The notes beneath the pieces were generated by a model, which was given only the letters and a program-made list of their open reading frames with translations, was not told the origin of the DNA and ran no database searches. A DNA stretch of 60,000 nt from Amphiscolops sp. MND2022 (taxonomy: Eukaryota), in the NCBI GenBank assembly GCA_964187785.1, contig OZ076409.1, positions 97,156,001 to 97,216,000 of the forward strand. Reading direction: 5' to 3'. This document shows positions 39,643 to 51,009 of this stretch, in pieces (within the stretch, counting starts at the first letter, position 1; the number at the start of each line of letters is the position of its first letter). Made by a program: the position numbers and the translations under genes.

Positions 39643-39802
39643 GTGACGCCTGCAGCTCCACGTCATCGACATCGACTTCGTTGAACCTGGACAGTGACCA
39701 CAGCGCGTGTGCTCTGGCGCCCACCAAAAAGTTCTTTCCCAGAAAGAGCTTCCAGGCCCACGAGAAGTACGGACTCAAGTGCCAGTTCAGCTATGACTCC
39801 AC
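39643..39802 (+). CDS. MLST8: LST8 coding exon 6
   Basis: gttccag|GT GAC...TCC AC|gtaagt; ...FPRKSFQAHEKYGLKCQFSYDST (LST8 AH..Y.L.C.FSPDST). Confidence 0.92.
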
Positions 39803-40342
39803 GTAAGTTCCACTCACGCCATACTGTAAAAATGTTTTTATTAAAAAATTTGCGTCGCTATGCGAGGCAGCATTTTCATTCTTTCTACCTATCCAGTAGC
39901 ATGATGAAAACGTACGCTAATCTTGAATGGTTATTTGTGAAACGTTTATTGTCTATTTTCTTCGATTACCCAATCACAAGGTAGCTTCTGCCGAGCGGTT
40001 TAAATTTTGAATGTCGTTCATCAATTTTTCAGCGTCACACACTGTATCGGCAGCAGCTACTTCATCCACTATTGACGATAGTTTTGTTTACAGAAAAAAC
40101 TACTTATATATGCGTTTTTTTCTGAAATGTTCGGTGCAAGAATTTTTCAAAATCTTGCAATAAAAGTTAAATTGCTTTCAAAGCGGTTGAAATTGAACCT
40201 AACTGAGTTGAGAATACCAGTTCGTTAAGAAAATTTTGATCTTTATTCGAATCCAATTATTTTTTTTTACAATCAGTTGCTTTATTACAGTATTGAAGCT
40301 CACTACTACTGCTACTAATCTACTATAGTTTTGCCATTACAT

Positions 40343-40803
40343 TTTTAGTCGGCGCTTCATAAAGTGAAACGCGACTATTACAGTGACTCTTTTTTTTCAA
40401 TCCACACGAACTGACCAAAATAGTTCTCAAAAGTTCTACGAAATTTTATGGTCCCAAATTGAATCATTTCGCCTAGCGAACTGAACCAAAAACGTTTTTC
40501 CTCTTTTTCCGCGTAACATACAATACCGGGAGAGACTAAAGGGTCCCCCTTTCAGTTTTTTCAGCATTGTGAGACTTTTTTCGAAAAAAATCCCAAAGGG
40601 TCCCTTCAATTTTTTGATCTTTTGCAACCATGGATGTTAAAAAATGCGAAAGGGTCTCCCCATTTAGCGCACCGGCGCGTCAATTCGGTCCAACTTTTTG
40701 GGGTTTTCAGGTACTTTAGAAGAGAATACTTTGACACTTTTAAGTCCTTCTGCTATTTTTGAGTCTTAGATATGGCGCCGACTTGGGCCTGTCCCGGCTT
40801 GTT
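40343..40803 (+). mobile_element. Family-1 HINE-like element
   Basis: Complete termini. Confidence 0.7.
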
Positions 40804-41033
40804 TTTAAATACGTTCACTTCAATACCTGTTCAACATTTTGTCAACCGTAAAACTAGTTCGGTACCTTTGAAAATGAAAAATGAAATATTTCCTACTGCA
40901 ATGGATGAAAATGAAGCACGAAGAGCAAGGCACAAAATCGTTCCATCAGAATTTCGAGAAGGAAGTTGACAAATCTGATTACGGGAAAAGTTAATTTTCA
41001 AATCCTAATTTTCCCTCTTTTTAAATTAAACAT

Positions 41034-41346
41034 TTCTCTTTCACTATGTCCCCCCCCCTATATCACTCGTTACACTATGTCCCCCCTAGAGAATATAAAT
41101 GTTTGTGGCTCATTTATATTCATCTCCTATTGGCTAATCTCTCATGCTATTTTGTCAATCAATTGATGTCGTCATAACTAACGACACTTTTTATTGGTTC
41201 TTATTATCAATCTCCCCACTCAGCCAATCAGAAGCGCTGTTAGATAAGAGCAGATCTGCGCTATTAGAATGTGCAATACATGCATTTAATAGCGTTTCAC
41301 TATGTCCCCCCTTTTAGCTGTAGGGGGGATATAGTGAAAGAGATCC
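41034..41346. mobile_element. MITE with tctctttcactat..ccccc TIRs
   Basis: tctctttcactatgtccccccc ... gggggatatagtgaaagaga; a related end lies at ~25476. Confidence 0.65.
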
Positions 41347-41490
41347 AAACATTTCATTCACCTAATCATACTTTACTGAAGCTTTACTTCATCTCTTCCA
41401 TTGAATCAATAAGGCGGCGATGACATGTTTAACAAATGCGTTTAATCGAATCATTTTTTTCCATTGATTGATCTTTTATTCTGTTAATGG

Positions 41491-41901
41491 GGCTCTTTTC
41501 TGTTTTACCCCCCACCACCAAAATTTTTGGAAGTAAATTTCTTCAAAAACTTTATACTAGCCTAATTAAAAGTATAAAACCTTCTTTCATAACGGGAAGT
41601 TAACGTCTATTAAACATTTTTTGCTTGAACAAAACATTGTTCACACATTTTGACTATAATTATGTCCGTATTAAGTTTTTATTGATGACTCAAAACAGGA
41701 AGTTGTTGATTTCTTCATCAAAAATGCGTAACTACATATTGAAAAAGTGTGAAAAAAGTTTGTTTCTGAATTCTAAATTGTCACACTGAGAATAAATATG
41801 AAATTGACGCTTTCTGGTTTGTATTCGAAACATTTTGTTATGAGATTTTCACTAATTTTTCAAAAAAAAAATTGGTGGTGGGGGGAAAACAGAAAAGAGC
41901 C
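41491..41901. mobile_element. GG-ended MITE with 8-bp TSD (Merlin-like)
   Basis: TIR ggctcttttctgtttt / aaaacagaaaagagcc; perfect TSD gttaatgg; family fragments at ~2222, ~33020-34440 and ~55055. Confidence 0.82.
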
Positions 41902-43572
41902 GTTAATGGAATTTGGAGGACACATTGAGTATGTAAATGTTTCGCCAACCATCAGAAATCCAAAGCGCAAAATATTTTCAATCGTTCATTTCTATTCCAA
42001 TAGATTTGGGAACTGAGATTTTTTGGTTTCCACTTTCAGACCGTCATGCTTACTTGCATCAAAAAATTTCGATCTTTTTGGATGTTTCTAAAACAAATCG
42101 AATAAAATTTTCACCGGATGAGATCAGCAGTTCGCTCGATTTATAACGGATTTCAATTATTAGCGTTGACAAACAGTTTCTACGATAAATTCGATCTTAA
42201 TATAATGATGGAAGTTTGAAAAATGGTCGTTCACGAAGGAATTTCCATTTTAGTCGGCGTTTTTTCCGAGTGGGTGGTTTTTATGTCAGCTCGCCTTGAA
42301 GTGTATACTTTTTGAATTTTTATAAACTACGAACCTAACAACTACCGCTATTTTCATTTTGTACACACTGCATACTTTCAAACCATTCGGAGACCATTTG
42401 GATTCTTTCGGCACTGTGAGACTTTTCTTCAAAAATTTTCGAGTTTTTTTTTGAAAATTTGATAATTTCAGTTGAGAAAGGTTTTCGAGGCCTAAGGGTC
42501 CCTTCTGTGGAATTTTTCGTTCTTGTGCGACTTTCTGATTTTTTTCATTTCACGAAAAGGACTTTTGTGGGTTTTTTCAGGATGGAGAAGCATTTTTTAA
42601 CGTCTGAAGGGCAAAACCTTTGGATATATTTCAGTGCTTGAGACTTCGGATAATAACTGTCTCAGATTGTGTTGATGAGCCGACTTGTACCGTTCTCGGC
42701 CTTTGAAAGTTCGAATTGGGCACCTGAATGAAATTACAACAAGAGGTGTAGTGGCACTGGTATTTTTCGTATACTGTTACATGTGTCTTTGGAAAAAATC
42801 AGACCATTTAAATACCCAATTAATCGGAGAAGAATATTGCAACTTAATGGCCCCGACTAAGATTGCCTTTACGGATGCGAAAACTAGATGATGCATATAG
42901 ATAGGGTCCCCTAAAAGCGATTTAAGTGTTCGACCTTTGGAAAACATAGTTCGAAAAAAGTCATTTATTTGAATTACCACATTTTTAGTCAGCGCTTCAT
43001 CAAATAAAACGCGATTACTATAGTGACTTGTCGTTGTTTTTTCCTTATTTAATCGGAGTCACCAAAAAATTACACCCGAATTTGTGATATTTTTCGAGAA
43101 TTTTTCACCCAAAAAAGTTGCACAGTGCCGAAATCATCCAAAGGCAAGTTCGAAGAAAAGCTGAATCATCCCTTCAAAACTGAAGGAGTGAAACCCATTG
43201 GAAAGAATTTAAGGAAAAAGTTGCTCAGTGCCAAAGTTGTAACCTCTGGGCCAAGTGGAAAGTACTCACTAACTTTTCACCAGCATCTAGTATATTTTGC
43301 CAAAAATGGTTGGAACTTTTTCCGTACAATTCCCGTGCTTAAAACCAAGTTTTTTCGTTTCTTAGAAAAAAGTAATGGAATTGAAAATACATTGTATTCA
43401 ATTGAAGTGGAAAAGCATTAAGGAAGAGCTGAAGTTGGAATCATGCGATGAAATTAATTTCAGTCAATGACTATGGAAGCTTTTTCTTGGGGGCGGGGGG
43501 TTTGGGGTGTGGTAAAGTGTTGATGGTTAGGTGGGTGTGTTGTACCCGGGGGGGGGGGGTATGGGGGTTCTT

Positions 43573-43759
43573 TTAACCCCGGCTCTCTTCACTCATGAGA
43601 GTGTGTACCAGCTTTTCGTACTGGATGTTCCCGTCGCTGTCCACATACTGACTCAGAATGGCTGTGCACTCGTCGTTGGTCAACTTCTCGCCCAGTTTTT
43701 CCAGAATATTCTGGATGTCGCTGTACGTGATGTTGCCACTTCCGTCTCTGTCGAACGCC
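43573..43759 (-). CDS. Myosin essential light chain-like, coding exon 3
   Basis: ttgatcag|G GCG TTC GAC...TAA; AFDRDGSGNITYSDIQNILEKLGEKLTNDEC...DSDGNIQYEKLVHTLM; total 152 aa. Confidence 0.92.
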
Positions 43760-43997
43760 CTGATCAACAACCAACCAACCAATCATATCATTGCCCCCGT
43801 CACCACTGAATTATATTGTTATTTCTGCCATAGCAGGAATATTATAGAAACCGGAAAGAGGAGTGTTTTTAGTCGGCGCCTTTTCCCTTGAGGAAAAAAG
43901 CCCGACTATTACACTGGGTAGTTTTTTCCAGTTCACTCTCAATGGTCCATTTTTGTTCATTTGTTCAACCTTTACCCGAGAGGTCAACCCCGATTTC

Positions 43998-44102
43998 AGT
44001 TCGGATGTAACGTTTTCAAAGCTCAGATGTAACGTTTTCAAACTTAAAGTTCCCATGTAACGTTTTCAAAGTTCGGATGTAACGTTTTCAAAGTTCGGAT
44101 GT
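43998..44102 (+). repeat. ~22-bp tandem repeat inside a family-1 subfamily (also 48456-48545)
   Basis: gttcggatgtaacgttttcaaa repeated. Confidence 0.8.
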
Positions 44103-44170
44103 AGCGATTTTAAAATTAGCGGTTTAGCGATTAGCGATGTGAAAACTGCTGCTGTCGCCCGTAGACTGAC

Positions 44171-44361
44171 CTGAAGCCGGCGATGATTTTGTCCTGATCG
44201 TGCAGAAGGGCGCGCTCCTCCTCGCTCTTGATGAGCGACTGGTACATGGGGTAGAAGTCCTCGAACGACAGGCGCTCGTTGGCCGTGTTTGACGTCATCG
44301 TCGCTATCTCCTTGTTGGTCGGGTTCGCGCCCAGAGCACGCGCCACACTCCCGAACTCCTC
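44171..44361 (-). CDS. Myosin essential light chain-like, coding exon 2
   Basis: gttggcag|GAG...TTC AG|gtcagt; EEFGSVARALGANPTNKEI...RLSFEDFYPMYQ...IIAGFR (RALG.NPTN and F..F.PM motifs of MYL6/Mlc-c type chains). Confidence 0.92.
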
Positions 44362-44600
44362 CTGCCAACGGTGCTATGGATTATAGTCGAACGAGATTAA
44401 AGACGAATGGTATTATAGCAGAATATGATTGAATTCTCAATTTTAATTGGTGAAACCACTTGAGAAAGAAGCTTCAATTTCGTAATATTATGTAACAATT
44501 ACATGTAGTCCGAAAAATGAAAGCTAATGCATGTAGATTCGATTAATATCACAAGCGGCTATAAGCTTGTTCAGTTGAAATCACAACTACCCCTGCCAAC

Positions 44601-44815
44601 GGGAACCGTTCAACTGGACGACCGCTCAGTTGGACGAATATGTAATTTATCGATTTTGCACGTATTCCATTTTCAGTTCCGCTCACAACTCGTGATGGTT
44701 ACATAATCGGAGTATGTCAGAGAAGCTGAATCAACCAATAATATTTTAGAAACAGCTGATAGTCTTCCAATTGAACAATCGGTTAGTTCAGCGGTCGTCT
44801 AATTGAGCTCAACCC
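44601..44815 (+). mobile_element. ~215-bp MITE flanked by CCTGCYAAC
   Basis: Imperfect TIR gggaaccgttcaactggacgac / gtcgtctaattgagctcaaccc; 9-bp flanks cctgccaac / cctgctaac. Confidence 0.75.
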
Positions 44816-45035
44816 CCTGCTAACATGGTGGGTGATAGGGAGTATAGCCGCTCGATAATAATGCAGAAACGAATTGAATTCTCAATTATGATTGGTCGAC
44901 AGTGATCTTTACATAATGAAACTATTATGTAGCTTTGCAACCGAGCAGAGTGAATGAAATTCAATGCATGCAGTTTCTTCTATACTACCATTCGGTTATA
45001 ATATCGAGCGGCTAAAGTCACGGCTACCTGCTAAC

Positions 45036-45234
45036 GAGTCTAGCTCAATTGGACGACCGCTCAACTAACCGATTGATCAATTGGAAGACTATCAGCTATT
45101 TCTAAAATATTATTGGTTGATTCATCTTCGCTGACAGACTCCGATTACGTAACCATTACAAGTTGTGAGCGGAACTGAAAATGGAATGCGTGCAAAATCG
45201 ATCAATTGCACAGTCGTCCAATTGAACGGTTCCC
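45036..45234 (-). mobile_element. Inverted second copy of the 44601-44815 MITE
   Basis: Reverse-complement match along its length; perfect 9-bp TSD cctgctaac. Confidence 0.78.
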
Positions 45235-45260
45235 CCTGCTAACATGTCCAGCTGACGTAA

Positions 45261-45410
45261 TTCGCGTTTCTCAAATTTCATTGGCTACGAGAATTTATTA
45301 CGCAATACTACTTCTCGTTTCTCAAATTTCATTGGCTGTGAGAATTTATTACGCAATACTGCTTCTCATTTCTCAAATTTCATTGGCTACGAGAATTCAT
45401 TGCGCAATAT
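45261..45410 (+). repeat. ~51-bp tandem repeat, 3 copies
   Basis: tttctcaaatttcattggct..gagaatttattacgcaatact repeated. Confidence 0.85.
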
Positions 45411-45443
45411 CGTTATATCTCTCGAAGAACAATCTCTTATACC

Positions 45444-45933
45444 CAGGGCTGTTAAAAAATAATTGCGGGGAACAATAATTGCAATAGTATTGGTACCAAT
45501 TATTGTGGAAGGCAAAAAATCAGCGAAAAATATTATTGTAAATTCTGTCAATTATTGTGCGGGACAGTTAATGCAGGAAATTAAACAACGTAGTGTGTTG
45601 TAGACTCGCGCTAGCCAGGCAGTGTCTCAAATGTTGCCGAGCGTTTTTTTCAGTCAGGCGAAATACTATCTCAACTCATATCGGAAGTCAATTTTGCCTA
45701 TGCATCTTGAGTCTCAGCTTTTTCTCATGGCAAATGAGAAGTTTTGGGATGTAAATTTGGTTAACAAAATTGTTAAATTTGATATTTGCGTATTTAGAAA
45801 GTTTATAGTTTAACAAATTTGTTTTACAATTCATTAGCAATATATTGCAATTATTGTGAAGGACCGCTTTTTCTCCAACAATATATTATTCCCGAAGAAA
45901 TATTATATTGCAATACAATATTTTACAGCCCTG
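45444..45933. mobile_element. hAT-type MITE related to the 17033-17493 element
   Basis: TIR cagggctgt / acagccctg; perfect 8-bp TSD cttatacc. Confidence 0.88.
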
Positions 45934-47126
45934 CTTATACCCCCTCTCATATTAACGTTCTGAATAATACCCGCAAAGAATGTGGAACCTTCAAATAATT
46001 GTACAAACAGTTCTTATAGCCCATAAGGCACTTTGCTAAAAGATTTTAGCAACCAACGATTGAGCCCAAAAACGATAGAACCATGGAATGACATGAAAAA
46101 GTTTCATTAAAGTGTTTTTTTGAGGAGACAGTTTTGGCCAATGCCAACTTTGCATTGCATTCAGCAACATGTTCTAAGTGATGAGTGTTTGTTTCTTATT
46201 GATTCACAGTTCTGTCGGTGAATTAGAGCTCAAGAGTATAGACTTTCAGCACAATTACGTCGAATATCCGGAATTTGTCAACTGATTTTGGCACTGGGAC
46301 GGATAAAAATTTATGAAATTTATAAATTCCCCGTTTTTGCGGATGTTTTTCCAAAATATTTCTAGGGACCGTTACTGACACTCCAACGAGGCTCTGTGTA
46401 TAGACCAAAAAAATCCTGCAGGTTCGCTTTTATATAGTAAGAGCACATAAAAAACATCAACCTACCTGTTTTTCATTCAAAACATTCAACCTACGCAAAG
46501 TTTTTAAAATTGTAAAAGGGGGGACCCTTTAGGCTTTTTGAAAATCCAGTTGCAAAATATGAAAAAAAATTGGAGGGACCCTTCGGAGACATTAAAAATT
46601 TTTCGAAAAAAACGAAAAATGAGAATTTTGAACAATCTCATAGTGCCGAAAAATGTAAAAAGGGCCCTTTGGGCTTTTTCAACATCCATTCAGTTCCAAA
46701 ATATCAAAGAATTGAAGGGGGACCATTTGGAGTCAATAAAAAATTTTTGAAGAAAAGTCTCGCAAAGACGAAAAAAGGGGCGGGGAATGTCTCATAGTGC
46801 CGAAAAATTGGAAAGGGGGACTCTTCTGCTTTGGAATGGTTTTGTATTTCATGTTAGAGGCTTTGGATGCGTTCAAAATGAATTAAGTACTTATGGTAAA
46901 AGTGCATAATGCACAAAAAGTGATATATACAGGGTGAGCTCTTTGGTCTGACGAAAAAAACTTGCCACTGTAAAAGTCGGGCACTTTTCACTAGAAAAAG
47001 CGCCGACTAAAAACATCATCAACCTACCAGCTTGTGTTTTCGTTGCGCGCGTTCCTTGTTGGGTCGTGTGGAATTATAATAATTGTAGCGTTGATTTTGG
47101 GTGGTTACGTAATTTTTTTTACTTAC

Positions 47127-47207
47127 TTTGGCAATTTTCTGGTCTCCTTTTGTGTCGAAAAGACTGAAATAGTCTCGCATCTCGTATTCGCCCAAATTTC
47201 GTGCCAT
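47127..47207 (-). CDS. Myosin essential light chain-like (EF-hand), coding exon 1; nested antisense in an LST8 intron
   Basis: MARNLGEYEMRDYFSLFDTKGDQKIAK then |gtaagt; F.LFD..GD.KI is the essential-light-chain motif. Confidence 0.9.
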
Positions 47208-48725
47208 AGTGGATGGTATCTGAAGATGGGATGGGATGGGATTGCTGTACAGAGTCGAATTGTGTAACAAATTATTACGAAAAATTATTTAGTTATCATT
47301 TAAAACGGTAATCCTTCCAACATTTTTGACCAAATTGAAGATTTTCGAATTCATTCACAAACTTTCCAGTAAAATAAAGTCTAATTTTTTCTTTCATATA
47401 TTCAATTGGTTCTTTCTCATTTTGTAGTGTTTGTGGTAGGGTGTTCTATAAAAGAATTTATGTAGGGTGTTCCATAAAAGAATTATCATAACACGATACC
47501 TATAGTGCCCTAAATGCAGAAGCGAAGCGACGTGCCACTACTTGACCAGCGGTAGGTTTTGACGAAGGCCGACCTGATGGGGCCCAAAACGCTTCGGAAG
47601 GAGAAAGGCCGAGTCATACAGCCATTTTTGGTTTCTAAATATATACTGAAATTATCCTTTTCGATGCTGTATAATTTTCGGTTCTAAATGATTCGACTCT
47701 GTTGAGGTAACTCCTAAAGATGATATCTAACTGAAGCGAATTAGCTGTGCAAGAAGCTGCTTTTAGAACCCAACAAATTGAACACTTTGCTTGTGCGTAG
47801 TTCGGCAGTATACGAAGCCAATCCCCAAACGAATTATATGCCGCTGTGTGTTTGGTGTCACACAATGTTTGCCTAAGCGTCGAGAATTGGTTCCACATCC
47901 GAAACAGTACATATCATAAGGCCTTGTTATGATATGCAATTGCTCATGATTTATGGTTGCTTTGCCTCAAAATTCACTCAATACCAGTGGCGTGTTTTGT
48001 CCATTGTTCTTTATACTTCTAGTAATACTTAGATCTCATAATACTTCTAGTAATACTTAGATAGGCTTAGATTTTCTCAACGTAACGCTGTTTAATCTAT
48101 GTGCTAGAAATGAGTCTCAATTTTGATAGAGGTCGAAACGTGTTGACGGCGCCATGTTTTTGATATGTTTGCCTGCTGACCTGAACAAAATCGTTTGACT
48201 CTTTCGAACGTTTAAAGATTTGAACGGGCGGTCTTCAATTCTAATTCCTTTCCGGGCTAAGTCTGAAATCATTTAATATTTCAAATTTTGCGCAACCTTC
48301 TTTGTGAGTGGTTATTCCAAAATTTCTGCAAAGAAGCAGTGTTCTTAGTCGGCGCTTTTCTAGAGAAAAGCCCGACTATTGCAGTGGTTTTTTTTCAGTT
48401 CACTCTGAATGGTCCACTTTTTTGTTAATTTCAACTTTTTAGCCGAGATATTTTAGTTCGGATATAACGTTTCAAAGTTCGGATGTAACGTTTTCAAACT
48501 TAAAGTTCGGATGTAACGTTTTCAAAGTTCGGATATAACGTTTTCATTTTCCCCAAAATTTTTGTCGATTTTTCCCTCAAATTTCACATAATTTGTTGAG
48601 CCTTAGATATGGCTGGATGAAATTTGGATGAAACCTTCTTTGTGAGTGGTCATTTCAAAATTTCGAGGTTTTTTTGTAGAAGCAGTTTTATATATAGGAC
48701 TTGATTTTGATGTTAATGCTATTAC

Positions 48726-48892
48726 CAGAGTTGGAACCGGGAACAAAAAGAGTCCGAATTAAACTCATTTCACAAAAAGTGAGTAGCAAATTAAGTAACA
48801 TCGAGTAGCAGTTTCAAAACCATTGACTTGGGCCAGGCAGGGCTTGAATGTGAACATGCCGGTCCGGATATTCGGGCCCGGATCCAACTCTG
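48726..48892. mobile_element. Short hAT-type MITE
   Basis: TIR cagagttgga / tccaactctg; TSD gctattac / gctattgc. Confidence 0.82.
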
Positions 48893-48961
48893 GCTATTGC
48901 TACCCAAATGTATATCTACCGAATGCCGACCAAGGGTTTTTATCCTGAAACTTTTTCAACT

Positions 48962-49385
48962 TTTTAGGAGTCGGAAAAGTTTTCGACTACTTATGCAATC
49001 GTGACGTTTTTTTTTCTCCCGACCTTTCAATGAAACTTTCGATTTTCTCAAAAACTGTCCATACAATTTCTATAAAATTTTCCTTAGTCATTCTACAACC
49101 AAAGGTGCTCCTGTGTGCGCAATGTTATCAAAATCGTATTACGGGGATGTGAGAAACGTAGCGAAAATTAGCCCAGAAATGGTCAAAAAACAGCCATTTT
49201 TGGACTTTTTTCGATTTTCTCAAAAACTGTCCATACGATTCGAACGAAATTTTCTACAGTCATTCTACACCATATTATAGTCCTATTTGTGCAATGGCAT
49301 CAAAATCTTATGACTGGGATACGAGCGAGTCAGAATGAAAAAGGCCTAAGCCGACTCCTTTTCCGCACATGCGGCTCTCTGGTTA
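48962..49385 (+). mobile_element. Family-3 HINE-like monomer
   Basis: 5' ttttaggagtcggaaaagttttcgact; 3' ccgactcctt + ccgcacatgcgg hairpin + ctctctggtt. Confidence 0.68.
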
Positions 49386-49495
49386 TTTTAATGTATGGAA
49401 AATGAATATTTTTCGAATATATATTGGAATTATTTTTAAATAACCTATTTATTGTTCATCCCTGGATGTGATGACGTGTTTATGTGATGTTGTAG

Positions 49496-49659
49496 TATCT
49501 TGGCCACGTGCAGTGCGGACAAGAGTGCCAAGATCTGGAACACGACCGACTTCTCCATTCTGTTCACGCTCAGCGAGGACTTCCCCTCGGCCCCGCCCTC
49601 CTTCCACAACTGGTTCTGGGACTGTGCCTTCACACGCGACTCCTCACACCTACTCACAG
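49496..49659 (+). CDS. MLST8: LST8 coding exon 7
   Basis: gttgtag|T ATC TTG...ACA G|gtacca; ILATCSADKSAKIWNTTDFS...WFWDCAFTRDSSHLLT. Confidence 0.93.
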
Positions 49660-50297
49660 GTACCACCTACACCCCCTACACCTGCTATATTTGCAAGTTT
49701 CTCCAAAGTTTTCACCAATCGCTTGAACCTTTTTTCAATTTTCATTATTTCTGCGATAACATGAATAATATAGAGTGAATTTATTTGCTATCTCTAGAAA
49801 TCCGAGACAGAAATTTAACTATATTCGATAGAAACTCAAGTTACACAAGTTTTCATTCGTTTTTGATTGTTTGCTGAGGCGAGACCACAAAACCTTTCTT
49901 TTCAAGGAATACCTACTCACACATGCTATAGCATAGAATTGCAAGGAAGTTTTTCCCGATCTTGTTTGGTAATGCCCCCCTCCCCACAAGTTTATTGCCC
50001 CTACGAACCCCCCGGGTGGTGGATTGGTTTATGATCCATTAGCAAACAAGATCCGTTTTTCCAAAGTTTATAGCGATTGCTTTAAACTTCAATTTTTTAT
50101 AGACTGCAGGCATGGAAACGCTTCCAAGATTTTCTAAGATGCAGGGAAATTTTTGCACAATTTTACATCCAGGGTCCCTGAAGCTTCTAAACTTCATCAA
50201 AAATCATCCTTGCGTGTATGCCTGCGCATGAAAAAATTTCCTGCAATCTCAACCCGTGTATCAAATCTACACCTCGGGTTTAGTCGCTGATTTGTAT

Positions 50298-50764
50298 TAT
50301 TTCTGCGGTAGCAGGAATTTTTATTGAAATCTGAAGATGTCTACTTTTTTTCAGTAAAATTCGTCGTATGATACTGAATAATTCAGATATTTTGTTCGGC
50401 AGTGACTGTAAGCGTGAGAATTAAATTTCTCAAGCTGCCGACGACAATTCAATTCCCGTGCGATGGAACGAGCGAGTGGTAATTATGCATTCGTAAGCTG
50501 ACGTCATTGAGATGAAGCAAATGAGTGTTAATTATTTGTTCGTTGAAAGCTTCGCCTGCATTCAAATGCGAATGCGAAACTTCGTCTACGCTTAGTAGTT
50601 ATATTTTTTTAGTCCGAGAATTAAAGGCGGTGTAAACTGGTACAGTGATTAATTGTGCGCTAAATAATGATTAAAAAGGAGTGTATTGGTATTCCAGATA
50701 TGATTCTAATATTAATGAAAGATTAAAGCAGAAATAGTAATGTGCCCCGGAGGGGCCTATTTTT
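50298..50764 (+). mobile_element. Family-4 HINE-like element (uninterrupted)
   Basis: tatttctgcggtagcaggaat ... aagcagaaatagtaatgtgccccggaggggcctatttt. Confidence 0.7.
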
Positions 50765-51009
50765 GGAAAAAGCAGACTATTACATTGACTTTACTATTTT
50801 TCAGTCTCGAAAAGGTCCACCGCTGACGAAAGGTCCACCGCTTTGTTTAATTCGTATAGCTTTTTAGTACGCCACGTATCGCCGAGTAATCAAAATCACA
50901 TGCAAAGAGTCCCATTTTTTACTTGGGTATTTTCGTATTTTTACCAAACCATAGAAAATATTAAACAGGCCCTGAACCCATTTCAAGTATTTAGCGCATT
51001 TTCAACCGT

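Noticed and set aside
44361..45243. CRISPR-like reading of the repeat/spacer pattern
   Set aside because: Repeats are only 9 bp, spacers are ~200-bp mutually related MITEs, the context is eukaryotic and no cas genes are present.
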